Source of the DNA: Dicyema japonicum
Taxonomy: Eukaryota; Animalia; Dicyemida
DNA length: 64,000 bases
Direction of reading: 5' to 3'
Assembly (NCBI GenBank): GCA_011109175.1
Contig: RDEW01000071.1
Coordinates: 130,426-194,425, forward strand
The notes below the pieces were generated by a model. It was not told the DNA's origin. It made no database searches and saw only the letters and a list, made by a program, of their open reading frames with translations. Positions within the stretch are counted from its first letter, which is position 1. Every line of letters starts with the position of its first letter. Shown in pieces: positions 12,772 to 25,419 of the stretch. The position numbers and the translations under genes are program-made.

Positions 12772-13003
12772 AAATTTAATCCTAACCCAAACCACTAATT
12801 CTAATCCCTAACCATAACCCTCAACTCCAATTCCAACCCCATACCCTAATCCCTAACCCTGACTCTAATCCCTGACCCACGACCATGAGCGCGAGTCTAA
12901 TCCTATCTTTATCCCTAACTCCAATCCCTAATCCCTACCATAATTCCTAACCCTGAGTTTAACCCCTAATTATGACTCTAATTCCAACCTTAACCCAACC
13001 CTA
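12772..13003. repeat. Degenerate (CCCTAA)n-like interstitial telomeric tract
   Basis: About 230 bp of 6-mer variants CCCTAA, CCATAA, CTCTAA, CCCTGA, TTCCAA and TCCTAA. Confidence 0.7.
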
Positions 13004-13229
13004 TTGTGGGCAGACCGAAGTTCATGTATACATCTTCCAGTTTAATAAAATTAAATCGAATATTATTTAAAATAAAAAAATATCGATTTTTACTTGTTTG
13101 TGAAATGTTTAAACAAAAGAATTTGCCCGAACATTATGGCATTGCGGGACACGATAGCATGCGACCAGGATTTATCATCTCCAATCGATTTCCAATCACA
13201 TAGAAAATGCTTCCAGGCAACGGTGGGTA

Positions 13230-13545
13230 CAATTATTATTATTCACCGAGAAAGAAGTTAAAGTAAATAACTAATTAAGTGTATCCGGTTTCCACTTCTA
13301 CAGAAACAGAGTCCATCCGGAATCAACATAAAAGGTAAAAGGCGTCCATAGTTGCAGTTGTGGAAATCCCTCCAGTGGAGTGGGGGAAAGTAAATGATTC
13401 TTTTTCGTGCCGGCCTGGTACTGGGCGCCACCTAGACAGGTGGATCACATGACGACATTCTAATAGGAAGAAAGAGGAGGAACAGACGAACAAAACTGAA
13501 ACTTCAACCAATTAGCCACGAAGCACCACATGGAGTCACGCGGCT
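13230..13545 (-). mobile_element. SINE-like family B copy
   Basis: High similarity to 39258-39525 and 49123-49463. No conserved ORF. Short A/T-repeat 3' tail. Confidence 0.85.
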
Positions 13546-13719
13546 ATTTCTATGGAAACGGTTAAAAAGCTCTATCAATTGTCGGAACTGGGATTGAGTA
13601 ATTTAGAAAATTATTGGCAAATAATTAAAATTAAATTAATTAAATCTAAATATGATTTGGATGGTTAACCAAACTTTGTATAAAATGTGACCTGTTATTC
13701 TAATGAGTTGTTAATTATG

Positions 13720-14070
13720 ATTGTTAAGAGTTTTAACTTTAATTTAAAGGCTTTACTTGGTATTTTAATTTTCTCGCAATTAACAAACTGTTATAATCAG
13801 AACAAAATAAAGTATAAAATTCTCAATTGGGTATTATCTAAGTTAACCCTAGTTATCCGAAAATACTGAAATATTATGTATTTCAGCTGCTGTATCATTA
13901 TCAATTCTGAGTTTGACAATGATCGTGCTAATTTTCCTTTATCTGGTTTAATTGGGTTAATATTTTAGCGAAAACCGAAAATTGTGATATCATCAGAAAA
14001 GGTATGAGATTTATTTATCACTAAGAATGTTGAATATCAGGATTTGCTTTACGATTACAATTAATTATTA
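13720..14070 (+). CDS. Possible small single-pass membrane protein gene
   Basis: Hydrophobic SAAVSLSILSLTMIVLIFLYL followed by RKPK across a 24-nt GT-AG intron. N-terminal splicing not resolved. Confidence 0.3.
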
Positions 14071-15699
14071 ACTTGGGTATTTCGGTTGATTAATTTCTTT
14101 ATTTTCTTAAAATTTTCGTTAATTAGAATATTTTATTGTATTAATTTAAAAAAGAACAAAAATTAGGGTAATCTTGGATTGGGGGAAATCGGCTCAAAGG
14201 GAAAGCGTAGTTCGCGATGTTCCCCAAAGATTATTTCCGAGTTTTCTGAACATTTCGTATGACGACTGTTCAAGACTTCTGAGATTTCCATAGCGAGAAA
14301 AACAATTGTTACACTATATTTGAGGTACTTCCGACGTTTCGGTATCTCGGCCTTTCCAGAAGCTAAACAGGTATTGGTAGCATTCTGAAGGCGGTCGTCT
14401 CAAGCTAAAGTCCTAGACTATGAACCTTCAAACAACAAAAAATTAGATGGTCATTCAATCAAAACGTTTTCTATCTTGTCTACACAGTCCGACGGGTTTG
14501 AGTACCGAACGAGAATAACTGCTTCCAAAGCTCGTTGAACGACTTTGTTTAATGGTTTCGCCTGCTCCACATAGAAAATCGTTGAGACGGGCACCACTTT
14601 CAAGATAGGCTTTAGGCAACAGACTAGCACGGCTGTGTTGGTTGGAGAATCCAGAACATACACCAAATTATTCTTGAAAATTTAGACAAGTCACTAAGAC
14701 AAATCACTCAAGCACGTGGTGTTTCTTTGTTTTTACTAGTCAAGGGTTTAATAATGACAGTTTTTAAACGAATCTCAGTCTGTTTTGTATTCAAAACAGA
14801 GCCTTAGCATCCTAGAAAATCAAAATGAGAGAGTTTTCTTTTCCGTGCACACAAATAGAAGGAAGACGATCTCTTTAATTTGTCATTGAGCGATTAGACA
14901 TTTTCTGAAATATATGTGTCAACTTGACCTGGTTGAAAATTTTTAATAATTACTGAGTTAAGTGAAAAATTCAATCATTCATTTACAAGTTGCTCTTTCG
15001 ATTCATTTAAGCCTTAAAGAATTTTTGGCACACGTGCAATATGGAAAAAATACAAGAGAACCTATTCTTTCCGAGATTATTGGTCTTGTGTATGAGACTC
15101 AACATTGGAATCATTTTTATACTTTTCTTTGATTTTAGAAGCGTTTTCTTGTCATATTTCTAAACTATGACCTACATCATTAATAGAACATTCGAGAATT
15201 AATAATCCTCTCCCTTGTCCTCTTAACGCTGACAGTATTCTCAAGTTCCTCAAATTTTAGTCACTTGTGGTTTGAAACCTGAGTAGTTGTGTATGGACGG
15301 ATTAGTCCAGAAACATTGTGTATCCAACGTCTCACGAGTCCGCGGGCTAAAAAAGGGGACGTTGTTTCCATCATGAATAAATGAAAACATCCATAGCTCC
15401 ACCGCTCAGTCACTAGCTCAAACTTTTGTCCAACTACCCAATAGAACACCTGCCCCGGTCTATATTTGCCTTAATATTCATCCTCGAGGACCCAATCGCC
15501 TCACGTCAAGGGATCGTCCGCAAGAGATAAAAAAATAAACGAAAATTCTGCCTAAGCTATTTTTGCCATAAATATCAAATTAGCCCAAATCTGACTAATA
15601 TTTTGATTGGAGTTACTACAAACTAACAAACAAAAGAATAAGAAAACCCCCCAAATATCCCAAAATCTCTAAATAACTAATAAATCTATAGACGTAATA

Positions 15700-16370
15700 A
15701 AGTAACCGTACCAATTTATCCTTCATGGAAGACTCATGGGTCATCTTACGTGTCTAAATTAGATTGGCATATAAGGACTACCCTTCGACGCTTTACATAA
15801 TTGATTATGGTTGAAATATAAGACACTCCCAACAAGCCAGCTGTTATCATAATAAGAATCAACAAAATAGATTTGGAGTTTTTACCAAACTAGACATTAG
15901 CCTTAAAAAACCCAATTTATTATTTTTTCCCATCCACTGAGTCTAATATGATGGACGTGCTCATTATTGGTTGCGATCCCTGTATTATCATGTAGAATCT
16001 TATTGTTATGAATTTCTATAAATTCGTTAAGATGGCATACTTTCATTTTCAGCTTCTTTGTTTAATAAAGCGAAGGCGGTCTCCATAGCTTTTTTCATAG
16101 AATCACTAAGGTTCTACTAATAATGATCATCTATAACATTTTCTTTATACACTTTTTCCAGATATCTCAAGGTGGGTTCGATTTGACCAGCGAAATTAAA
16201 TTCTTTCAGTTGACCATTTTCTGTTTGCCAAATATTAAGTTTAGCGTTTTTTGATGCAATCAATGAATTCAGTAAGAGAATTGTCTAGCTTATTACTCAC
16301 ATAGAAACCAGTAACATCTGAATAAATTAGAATACAAAATATGCATAATTTATTTATTTTATTTCTCTTG
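15700..16370 (-). CDS. Possible single-pass membrane protein gene, unidentified
   Basis: Coding-like frames separated by candidate 22-25 nt introns. C-terminal SILLILIMITAGLLGVSYISTIINYVKRRR looks like a TM helix plus basic stop-transfer. Confidence 0.35.
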
Positions 16371-16409
16371 GTTCGCCATAGTAAAATTAAATTTTATATA
16401 ATCTAAAGA

Positions 16410-16830
16410 ATTGGCGGGAAATGGACCGTCTTGACTCTTTCCACAGAGCTCAGCTCAAATCGGTAATCAAGATCAACTGGTCTGTGAAGATCTCTAATGC
16501 AAACCTTTATAATAAATGAAAATCCAGCGTGCTGTCAGATAATATTCTCAAATCAAGATGGAGCCTCTTTAGCCACGTGTTACGTCTAAATGACCAGGTT
16601 CCCACTAATGTCTCAATGGACAATTACTTAGCACACACAGGAGGCGGATTCTATGGAAGACCAAGAACGACAATTACGACTATCTTGATGAGGACCTATC
16701 GGGGGTCGGTATGAGATTAACTTTGGCGAAGATGGTAGAGATTGCAATTTATCTATCTCCTGACGCTTCAAGCGAGAGAAACCAGTGCCTAAAAACAAAA
16801 TGGAATCTTCAGTTATCAATCTGATTCGAT
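16410..16830 (+). mobile_element. RTE LINE 3' fragment
   Basis: LDSFHRAQL, RWSLFSHVLR and GRPRTTI match the C-terminus of the long RTE copies. Confidence 0.8.
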
Positions 16831-17639
16831 GCGGTGGAGAAACTAATGGTGGACTGTCTTATATTTGTCGAAAAGGAAAGAAGTCACAATGATTAGTCCT
16901 TACGTCCGATTTTTTATGAAGGCTTTGTATGCTAGTCACAACGGGGGGCATCAGTCACACAATTGCCCGACAATCGACTTCAATGAATTTCTCATAGAAA
17001 AAAAGCAAAAATAGCGGCGATTAAATTCTTCTTGCGATGAGGTTCGAGGAAGTTCTGAGCGTCCTGGAGACTTCCTAGTATGGCCCGAACGATAATCTGT
17101 TGACATGGGAATTCAAGGTTTTTTGGGGAAAACACAGTTTCTCTTATTGACTTTAAAAGGAGGAGCCACACATCATCCGTCAACATTCGCGTACGCACTC
17201 ATCCTGGTACACGTGGCATTCATTGGACATACTTTCTGTTAATTATGAGACTATTAGGACTCCCATTACATCCAACCGATCTGCTACGGTTGCATGGTGG
17301 ATAAACCTGGCGGTCTTGAATCTACAGCTACTACAACTCTATACAAGTTTTTGGCTTTGACAAGACCAACCCTGAGGTCCTGATATCCCATTTTCCCAGC
17401 ATCGCGTATCGGCTATTATTGAAACCCTCAACACAGGTAAAGATGAAAGAGATCCTTTTGGATACCGACAGACATTGAGTGTCACTTGAGCTAAGTGGAT
17501 CCAATGACGGTTTTATGAATTGAAGAAGGCAAAGAGTAAATCCGTCAACCAAGTAGGTAATTGTGTCGGAGTCGATCCCACAACTAAATGCAAGGCCAGT
17601 GATAGAAGTAGCCGTGTTCCAAGATCATCAAATGACCCT

Positions 17640-18800
17640 GTCTTTTACTATTATTTATCTAAGGAACTCTGAGGTCACCGAGAAAGAAAGACAAAGAAAA
17701 GATTGAACTATTAGGTGATCTCAGTCCCCGTGATCAGTCTGCGTCTATGGTCCCACATCGTGCCCACCGTAGATCTGAAATGTCTTCTTTCGAAATCACT
17801 CGGGAAATCAACCGAGGAACAGAATTTCACGTAGAAAACTGGGGTCGAAGCTTCCGTAAGTAGAGGTTCGATGTTTTATTCAGGTATTCAGGGGGTCTTT
17901 TGACCTTTCCAGTTTTGTCTCGGAAAATGCAGATCTCACGTGGCTGAAGCATACTCCATAGTTGTGATTTGTGGACAAAATTTAATGGTTTATTCGTCAA
18001 GTGGATAAATTATTGCGAACCGGTGCTCGTATGGGGTTCAGTTTCTGGAGACCTTTCATGAAGGTTGTTATAGGTCACTCTCAGAATCGTGGAGAGCTTG
18101 TGACGGGTATTTGAACACATCTAATTAAGATTTTGGGTTCCTTATCTCCGTCTTACAGAGATAAACATGGTGATCGTTGACTTTGCTGGTGATACAGGAC
18201 GATTGGATACCAACCACTCGTGTACTCTCCAATTTTAGTTAGGTGTTGGGGGATGCTAGAATTCAGAACGGTAATTAAGTCATCCACATAAGATAACCAC
18301 GGAATCGTCGTCATTGGCCGTAAATAGGTCCTGCAGTATCAGGTTTAAGAAGGATGGGGAGAGTGGAGAGCCTTGGGCACACCATTAGGTGGTAATATAG
18401 ATCATGATCTAACGTTGCTGTTACAAACTCTTCCACGTCTTCCTGAAAGTTGGCAAGCTGTGGAGTAAATTTTGGCAGTTTTCCTGACATAGTGCCGAAG
18501 GTCTTGTCAATGAAAACTATTGTTGTCCACGTGGAGAGTGGCTGCATAAAAACCATCAGCGATAAAATATAACAACGTTGTTAGATGTGTCGTCTTCTTT
18601 GGGAGTGACTTTAGAGGGAGTGCAAGTCAGTGCGATAGGCTGGTAGGATGTGGGATCTCCCTTCGTTTTTTTGATCCCATAGTGGGCGTAATGGTTGAGT
18701 TCTTCAAACTTTGTGGATGATGTTATATCGATAAGTTAAATTGCACGTTGGTTAAGAAATTAGATGTTAAGATGGATCGAAAATATTCTGTCCGGCTACA
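17640..18800 (-). mobile_element. Degenerate I/Jockey-group LINE (RT to 3' tail)
   Basis: KGDPTSYQPIALTCTPSKV near 18650, a decayed D..KTF motif in ORF 18556-18311, and a 3' tail with hairpin at 17650-17730. Homologous to 20745-21400. Confidence 0.7.
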
Positions 18801-19049
18801 GGTACTCGAGCAACAGAAACGATAACTTCAGAGACTTGCTTGTCAGAGAATAGTTCCTTGTAGAATCCTCTTCGATTTAAGGAGATTGACTTTGATCTTG
18901 AGAATTCTCGCATAGTGCTTTATGAACACGTTCGGGTTGGACTTTTTCCGTAACTGTTTCCTAGATCCATCTGCATCTTGGAGATCAAATTTACCTTGCT
19001 TCAGTGTCTTCCAACAATTACAGCATAGAGTTCTCCTATCATTATTTCC

Positions 19050-19340
19050 ATCTCAGGTTTTGTTTCTTGATACTCAATCTGATGGTGCCATGTTTTTCGA
19101 CTATCCTTTCCGTTAGCCTTCTCCATCCCTTTCGTCGTCGTGCTCGTCTCCTGAGTTCGTCCAGATCATCTGCATCCATCAGTCGGACCCCGATCAAAGC
19201 ATAATCTTCCGCAAGTGTCCTGGGAAGAAAACTTCGGACATCCAGGACTCTACTGAATATTCACAGCATAATTTATTGAATTCGGTTCTGATAGGAATCT
19301 TGCAGTTAATTTGTTGTCAACGAAGTTGCTGATGTTCCCC
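19050..19340 (-). mobile_element. RTE LINE 3' fragment
   Basis: Reverse complement matches ~39000-39190 (LMDADDLDE.RRRARRRK). Confidence 0.75.
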
Positions 19341-19654
19341 AATCCGTCTTATAATTCTTGAATCTCTCTTTCCGTTTGTGGATTCCTCGCTTGTAAAACC
19401 GTAAAATACATTCCAATTAAAAATTCCTTGCTAGTGAGAAGGAGCATAAGGTCAAGTCAGGAGATGTGTTTTCGTCATTTCACCTCAGAGGAGTTCTCGT
19501 ATAGATATCGTGTCATTCAGGATGAGAAAGCTTGCAATGTACTTCCTCATAATAGTGATGATATTTGATTTTAAATAAACGAGATTATTATAATATTATT
19601 TAAATTAATTAAAATTTAAAAGTATTCTGATCTTGTGCTTGGTGTGCTTTTTTC

Positions 19655-20076
19655 ATGTCAAAATCAAGAGCAAAAGACTCAAAAGGATATGAAGCGAAGG
19701 TAAAGGACTACTTTTTCCATTCTTGTCAACAATTTCGCTCAATTGGTCAAAATTGGGGTTTGTTGATGTTGGCAGTATAAAGGGGGAGACTGGCGATCGT
19801 AACATACCAGATGGGCTTAATCACGAGTTTCAGCATTACGAGGTCGGGGTTCGAGCCTCCAACATGGTTCGGGTGGTTGAGTCCCTTCTATCCCTCACAT
19901 CCGAGTTACAGCTAGCGTTGGTGGTGGAGGACTTTACATCGATTAAAAACTCCCTGGAGGCTTATAGTGAAAATCTTGATGGGATCGACAAGGACATTGA
20001 ACAGTTCCTCAATTTTGCTTCCAACACACTTCACGGTCTCATTGAGAAGCTGAGAAAAGAATTAATTTTGTTATAA
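19655..20076 (+). CDS. MED22: Mediator subunit 22, one 25-nt intron, one homopolymer frameshift
   Basis: HYEVGVRASNMVRVVESLLSLTSELQLALVVEDF matches MED22 [33 protein letters not shown]. Intron 19758-19782. Frame break in the T run at 19712-19716. Confidence 0.85.
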
Positions 20077-20744
20077 ATTTTGTTAATAAATTTGATTTTG
20101 AGATATTTACAAGCTGTGGATATTTTAATGGTAAAATTTGATAATTGTCTTAAACATCGGTCGGAAATTGTATTCAACCAATTTTGGAAAAATTCAGTTA
20201 CTGTCCGTTCCGGCATGAGGTTCCACGCATCTACGATGTTTCAGGCTTGATAAGTGACCCCGGTCCAGTGTGATATCTATCTACAGCAGATTGTCTATTG
20301 TGACTCACTCTCAAACAAAATAATAAAGAACATGCCCCTTCCAACGATTATTTAGAATAGCTGTGCGTCCAGAACACGTGGAGATATAAATATTGTGACT
20401 CCCGTAATTGGTTCCTTCGATCTATCCCAAGGATCAGCCATTTTCCAAGTTTTTCCATGTTCGTGTATTCGAATGTTCAGTGGATTTTTATTTAGTGCAT
20501 ATTAAAGAGCAGATTGTACCACGTGAGACAAACGCAATGCGAGAAATCAACATGTCAGCTCTGTCAATTATCGACTTGTTATTTTTGTGTGGTTTGAGAG
20601 TGGACAGTTTCCAAATCAGCATTTTATTTTTTAAACCAATAATACTGCTAAGTTAGGGAGGAAAAACGCAACTAGGTGACTCCTGACTCCGGGGAAGCAC
20701 AGTCATCTGAAGCTATTAAGACGTTTTTATACTATAGAGCTACT

Positions 20745-21400
20745 TATTTATATAAAAAGATAGGGATCACCGAGAAAAAAAAGAAAAAACGTCAAAGTTA
20801 GGTGATTCCAGTCCCCGTAATCAACTAGGCCATTTACGTCTGTGGTCTCCTTTGTTGCCACTACCGTACAAAAGAGCCTTCTCCCATTCCTGAATTGAGA
20901 AGGAATAGGTTTTCTTTTGCCCTGTGAATAGACAGGCGAAGCGGGTTTCAATTTTCCACTAAGGATACGAGTCGTAGCTTCCGTAAGTAGGGATTGACTG
21001 TTGATGCAATATGAGGGCCCATCATATAGATTGGTTTCGGTATATTCAATTGAGTCTTTGGAGCATAGTCTGAGATAGCAAAAATCTCCGCATAACAGAG
21101 GTGTACTCCACACCTCTCCGGAAGAGGGTGGCAACAGCAACATCCAAATTCCAAAGGATCCTCTGGATAAGTCACATACAACGTTCAGCTTCTGCCGGCC
21201 TTTGTGAGGACTTGCTTTGCATACGAGTTGAAATTCAATAGCATGTCGTACGTTAATCCAAGCATTGAGGGAAAGAGATCTTGTTACCGATATCTAAACA
21301 GATCCGATGAAGGAGATCTCGGTTCTTCTTTGACGTCTCCAGACTCCGGGATGCATATCGGAACTATGTTACCCCATCCATCTGAGACAATTAAGACGTT
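20745..21400 (-). mobile_element. I/Jockey-group LINE 3' fragment
   Basis: Shares blocks such as AGCTTCCGTAAGTAG and the tail with 17640-18300. Confidence 0.7.
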
Positions 21401-21466
21401 TTAGTATTATAGAGCAATATCCCCCAATTATAGCATAAAAAGCACAAAAAATAAAATATTTTAAAT

Positions 21467-22860
21467 TCAAACAAGCAAAGTCAGTCTATTCTTCAAAAGG
21501 GTCAGCACAACGTTCCTAATCGGAAAGACTTCTCCGTCAATATTGAACGAGATGTCCCCCTTCTGCAAAATAAACCCCCCAATCTACAATTTCATCCACG
21601 TCTAAGTCAATTTTACTGGCAGTGGCGAATTCCTCTCCCTTTTCCCCAACATAGCGACTCACGCTGATGTAAGAATAAAACATACGCTCCATTGACAAAA
21701 TCGCTCCACGTGGTGATTTTCATATTTGTACAGCACAAGTCTTCCATTTTGGTTCCTCACATCGAACTGAGCAGAAGTAAGGTCCGACTGGGTGCTCAGA
21801 TTGCCACACGTGGGCAGAGAACGGGCTAAATCAGTTTAGAGGATACAGGGTTTTATCCGAGTGAACGAATTCCACCAAGTGTTCGGGATCTCAGGGATCA
21901 ACTTACAGGCTTTACAGCCTTCGCAGGGATCAGAGTACTTCAAGGATATAGAATATTCAGAATTCCGTTCTCCAGTAAAGAAACATTTTCCAAACCGCCA
22001 CCATTTTTTAGCGTTAAAAAACACGGAATCCCTTAAATAACGGAAAAAAGACAAACTGGTCCAGTCCTGAGAACAGCTTATCATAGACTCCCAGCGAAAG
22101 ACCGGTGAGAGAGTAAACGGGCTCCCATCGGACCCCTTACTTCCATCACATTACATTCCTCAGTCCTCTCTTCTAAAACTCTCATTACTGATCTACAAAG
22201 GTTCTTTAGATAAAACGACTCAGTAACCAACTCAACTTTATTTTCCGTGATGCGAGGTGAGAATAAAGTCTCAAAGACCAGGTTTTTGATCCCCAACGGG
22301 ATCACGGCGATCTGAATTTTGCTTATTCGCGTCTAAAAATGTCAGAAAATTTTCACTTTGTCCTCTCTCCTCATAAGTCCGGTGATAACCTCATTGACAG
22401 TCCGTCTCCACCAACAATCATTAGTCTATCAACGGTGGAGAGGTCAGCGTCACGAATGTAGTTCTTTATGTGACCCTCTTCCTCCGTTCTGACCACATCA
22501 ACCAAAAGTCCAGACAGAGAAAGCAAAGGGTGGATCTGTTTCTCGTAAATTCGGCTCGATTTTCTAGAATTATCCAATATGGATCACACCCGTGCTTTGA
22601 AGCAGGATTGAGGACCACTAAGACTCGTTTTAGTTTCTCCCCTCCATAAGCTGATCTCCATAAGTCTAGGTGACAAAACGAAAAAATACCGAGGCGACAG
22701 AGCAGTATCTCTTCAGGATTTGATGATCCCTATGGTTTTCTTCAGAAAAGTACCTATATTTCTTAATCGCTAAGTAAGTCGAGTAGTAAATGACTCCTGT
22801 AGCGAAAAGAGATTTTTTCCAATTTGTTCTGACTTTTTTCAGTAGTTTAAGCATTCCCAT
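21467..22860 (-). CDS. AGK: Acylglycerol kinase, multiple ~24-26 nt introns, several frameshifts
   Basis: N-terminal RTNWKKS, then VLNPAS, GGDG(T)VNEVITG, IPLG, PVYSLTGL and FNIDGE, colinear with AGK. Frames break at G runs on the coding strand. Confidence 0.9.
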
Positions 22861-23412
22861 GCTATCTAATATTTTTATATATGGAATTTAAAATATTTAT
22901 TTAAATAATTAAAAACATTTAAAAATTATTTTATTTGTCTTTATGTGAACAGTTATCCAAATGTTTAATTTTTCGAATGGTACTAATAACAATTATATTT
23001 TTCTCTCATTTTCTGTCATAAATTAAATATTTTTCCTGCTATTATATATTTGATGTTCGGCATAATCAGACTCCTTTAATTATGCGATAAATGTCAAGTT
23101 TAAGGCCGTCTTTTGTTTACTCTTAAAACTATTATTGTCCCTTAATGATGGGTGGATATGACTTTCAAAATTGCTGAGGAATGACCTTCATCAGATTATT
23201 CCGCACTGCCTTTGACAGAGGTAGCCACTTTCCGGCACCAAAATTAATTTATTTTTTATAATATATTTAATTTTTTCTCTATAAATCTACCACTTTTTTT
23301 CATCGGCATGGTAAGCGTTACTATTTGGTAACATTCCTTAGTTTCTCTGCAAACTCTTCCGAATACCCATTATTGGCTTGATATTCGTCCACGATGATTC
23401 TTTCGTTTAGAA

Positions 23413-24620
23413 CAGTGGTTCCCAATGTGATCTAGGTGGACAACCTGTGGTCAACAGAGAATTTGTAGTGAGGCATTCAATCTTGTTGGTTCCCACATAT
23501 TCACTAGTCTTCCCCAGAGCTTTTGATAACCACCTTACCTCAGTGTGAAGTAATAAATTTTATCTTGACAAAATTGTTCAAATATTCTGTCATTCACTGA
23601 ATTGTTCCATTCGCGGTGGAAACGTCAGGAATCCTTGGCTCCCAAGCAGATGAGTTGGTTCGTAAGATCGGCTCCATGATTCAAGCTGTGACCAAGGATC
23701 CGCAAGAGACTGGTTGGTTCCGAGAACGTATCTCGTTGGCTATTGTTAGGGAAATAGCATGGCCATTCAGATGCCTTAATTTGATCATTCACTTGTTTAA
23801 AAAAAATTCACTAAAATTACTTTTGAAAAAGTTAATTGCATGATTGGAAGTGTTGAGTGCTTCTTCCATATCCCCAATATTCTTAGCGACCAAATGCTGT
23901 CTGGATAATGTAATGTATTTAAAAAATGTGAGGAGCAACTGATTTTATTCTTGAAACAAAGCCTTTGACTTTTCCAGCTCCACACGATGGAGTGTGGATC
24001 AAGTTAGTCGCTGGAATGTTTTTATCATTCAAATATTGCATTAATTCATTGAATGTGTCTTCTCCACAAGTTGTGTCAGGCAAACTTTTAATGAATAACA
24101 TTTCTTCTCTTATATCATCTTCATGGTTAAATCTAGACAAGGATGGTTTCGTTATGAATTAGCTCTCATCATGCTGCACAGAAAACTTTGTCTTTTGAAG
24201 AACTCCGACTATCTCTTCCTCATTAGACATTTCATCTTGTCTTCTTGAATTGTTTGAAAGGGGAATTTTACTCATAGCAGATAAGGCATAGTAGGTTTGA
24301 CAAGCTTCTCCCCATAAACCTGAGGTGCTCCAATCTTGGCAATAATTTCGGAGACCAAATAACTTGGTTTGAGCATCTTTGCATTTATAATTATTCATTT
24401 TCTTTACAAAGTCAAATTGTTTGACTCGCTGCCTTCTCTCTTTAATCTCAAAAAATTCCATATCTTTACCAGCAGATGATGGGTACTTTGACTTCTGGTG
24501 CGGCTCCAATTTGACTTTCTTCGTGGAATCGTTTGTCAAGATGGCAGAACATTCAAGACAAGTAGGTTTTGAGTCTACAGACATAAAACGAAACATAATA
24601 AAATCTTATGGTAATTCCTA
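23413..24620 (-). mobile_element. hAT (Charlie/Buster, ZBED5/SCAND3-like) transposon remnant
   Basis: KPTCLECSAILTNDS.K..KL, QHDES and IREEMLFIKSLPDTTCGEDTF. Terminal CAGTGGTTCCCAA at 23413; the other end was not found. Confidence 0.8.
23604..23790 (+). mobile_element. 5'-truncated CRE-like retrocopy inserted in the hAT remnant
   Basis: Almost identical to the reverse complement of 34850-35030 (PFAVETSGILG...RERISLAIVRG). Confidence 0.9.
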
Positions 24621-25074
24621 ATTTTTGTCCTTTTAGCAGTTGGTTCCGAAATTCTTACAATCTAAAAAGGTACAGTCTTTAAAAATTGTGCACTAAATAT
24701 ACCGCGCATAATAAGTAGGAAATATATGAATATGTTTATAAAATAATTTAATTAAATTACAGGGTTTTCCTATTTATTTAATAACTTTGTCATAAAATTT
24801 AAAATTTTGTCAAAATATTTAATAACTTTGTCAAGGTCAAATTAAAAAAAACTAATTTTATAATTAATTGAAAAAAAAACAAAATTAAAATTCTTTATTA
24901 GCCAATTTTTTAACTAAATAGCTCCGCATGTGGCTATACAAATTATTGCACACATCTGATGAAATTTCTTCGATGTTTTGGATTGCGTTTATTAATTCCT
25001 CGGAGTTCCTGCAATTTTTAATGTTATTTTGCCAAACAGAAAAAACTCTTCAATTGGATTAAGCTGAGGAGTAC

Positions 25075-25361
25075 AACAGCCTTTTCACGAGAACCATAAT
25101 ATTTATAGCTCCGCATAGGCAGGACACACACTTTATTTAAGTAAAGAACAGTTAACTAATCGTAGAACCAAGGAATGATTTCACTTCTTTTTTCTTTTTC
25201 TCGTGTGTGGGTCCTTTCTATACAATGAGTTCCGCAGTGAGTATCTGATGACAGCGTCACTCGTCAAACCCTTTCTGCATCGTAGAACCTTCCACCAGGT
25301 GAACAGCAGCGAGATTCGAACCCGTAACCTAAGCCACTTAAGCCCGATACCGACACCCGGC
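25075..25361 (-). mobile_element. tRNA-derived SINE family A copy
   Basis: B-box GGTTCGAATCTC, family body and RTE-like tail. Homologous to 28688, 51226 and 63779. Confidence 0.88.
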
Positions 25362-25419
25362 AGTATAAGGAGGCAAAAAATACAATTCATACCCTATACA
25401 CGTTAAAAATTAATTGGAT

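Noticed and set aside
16880-17600. LTR-retrotransposon integrase (SHNGGH) and a weak repeat with 54035-54110
   Set aside because: No DDE core, RT or LTRs were found, and the similarity is too short to assign.
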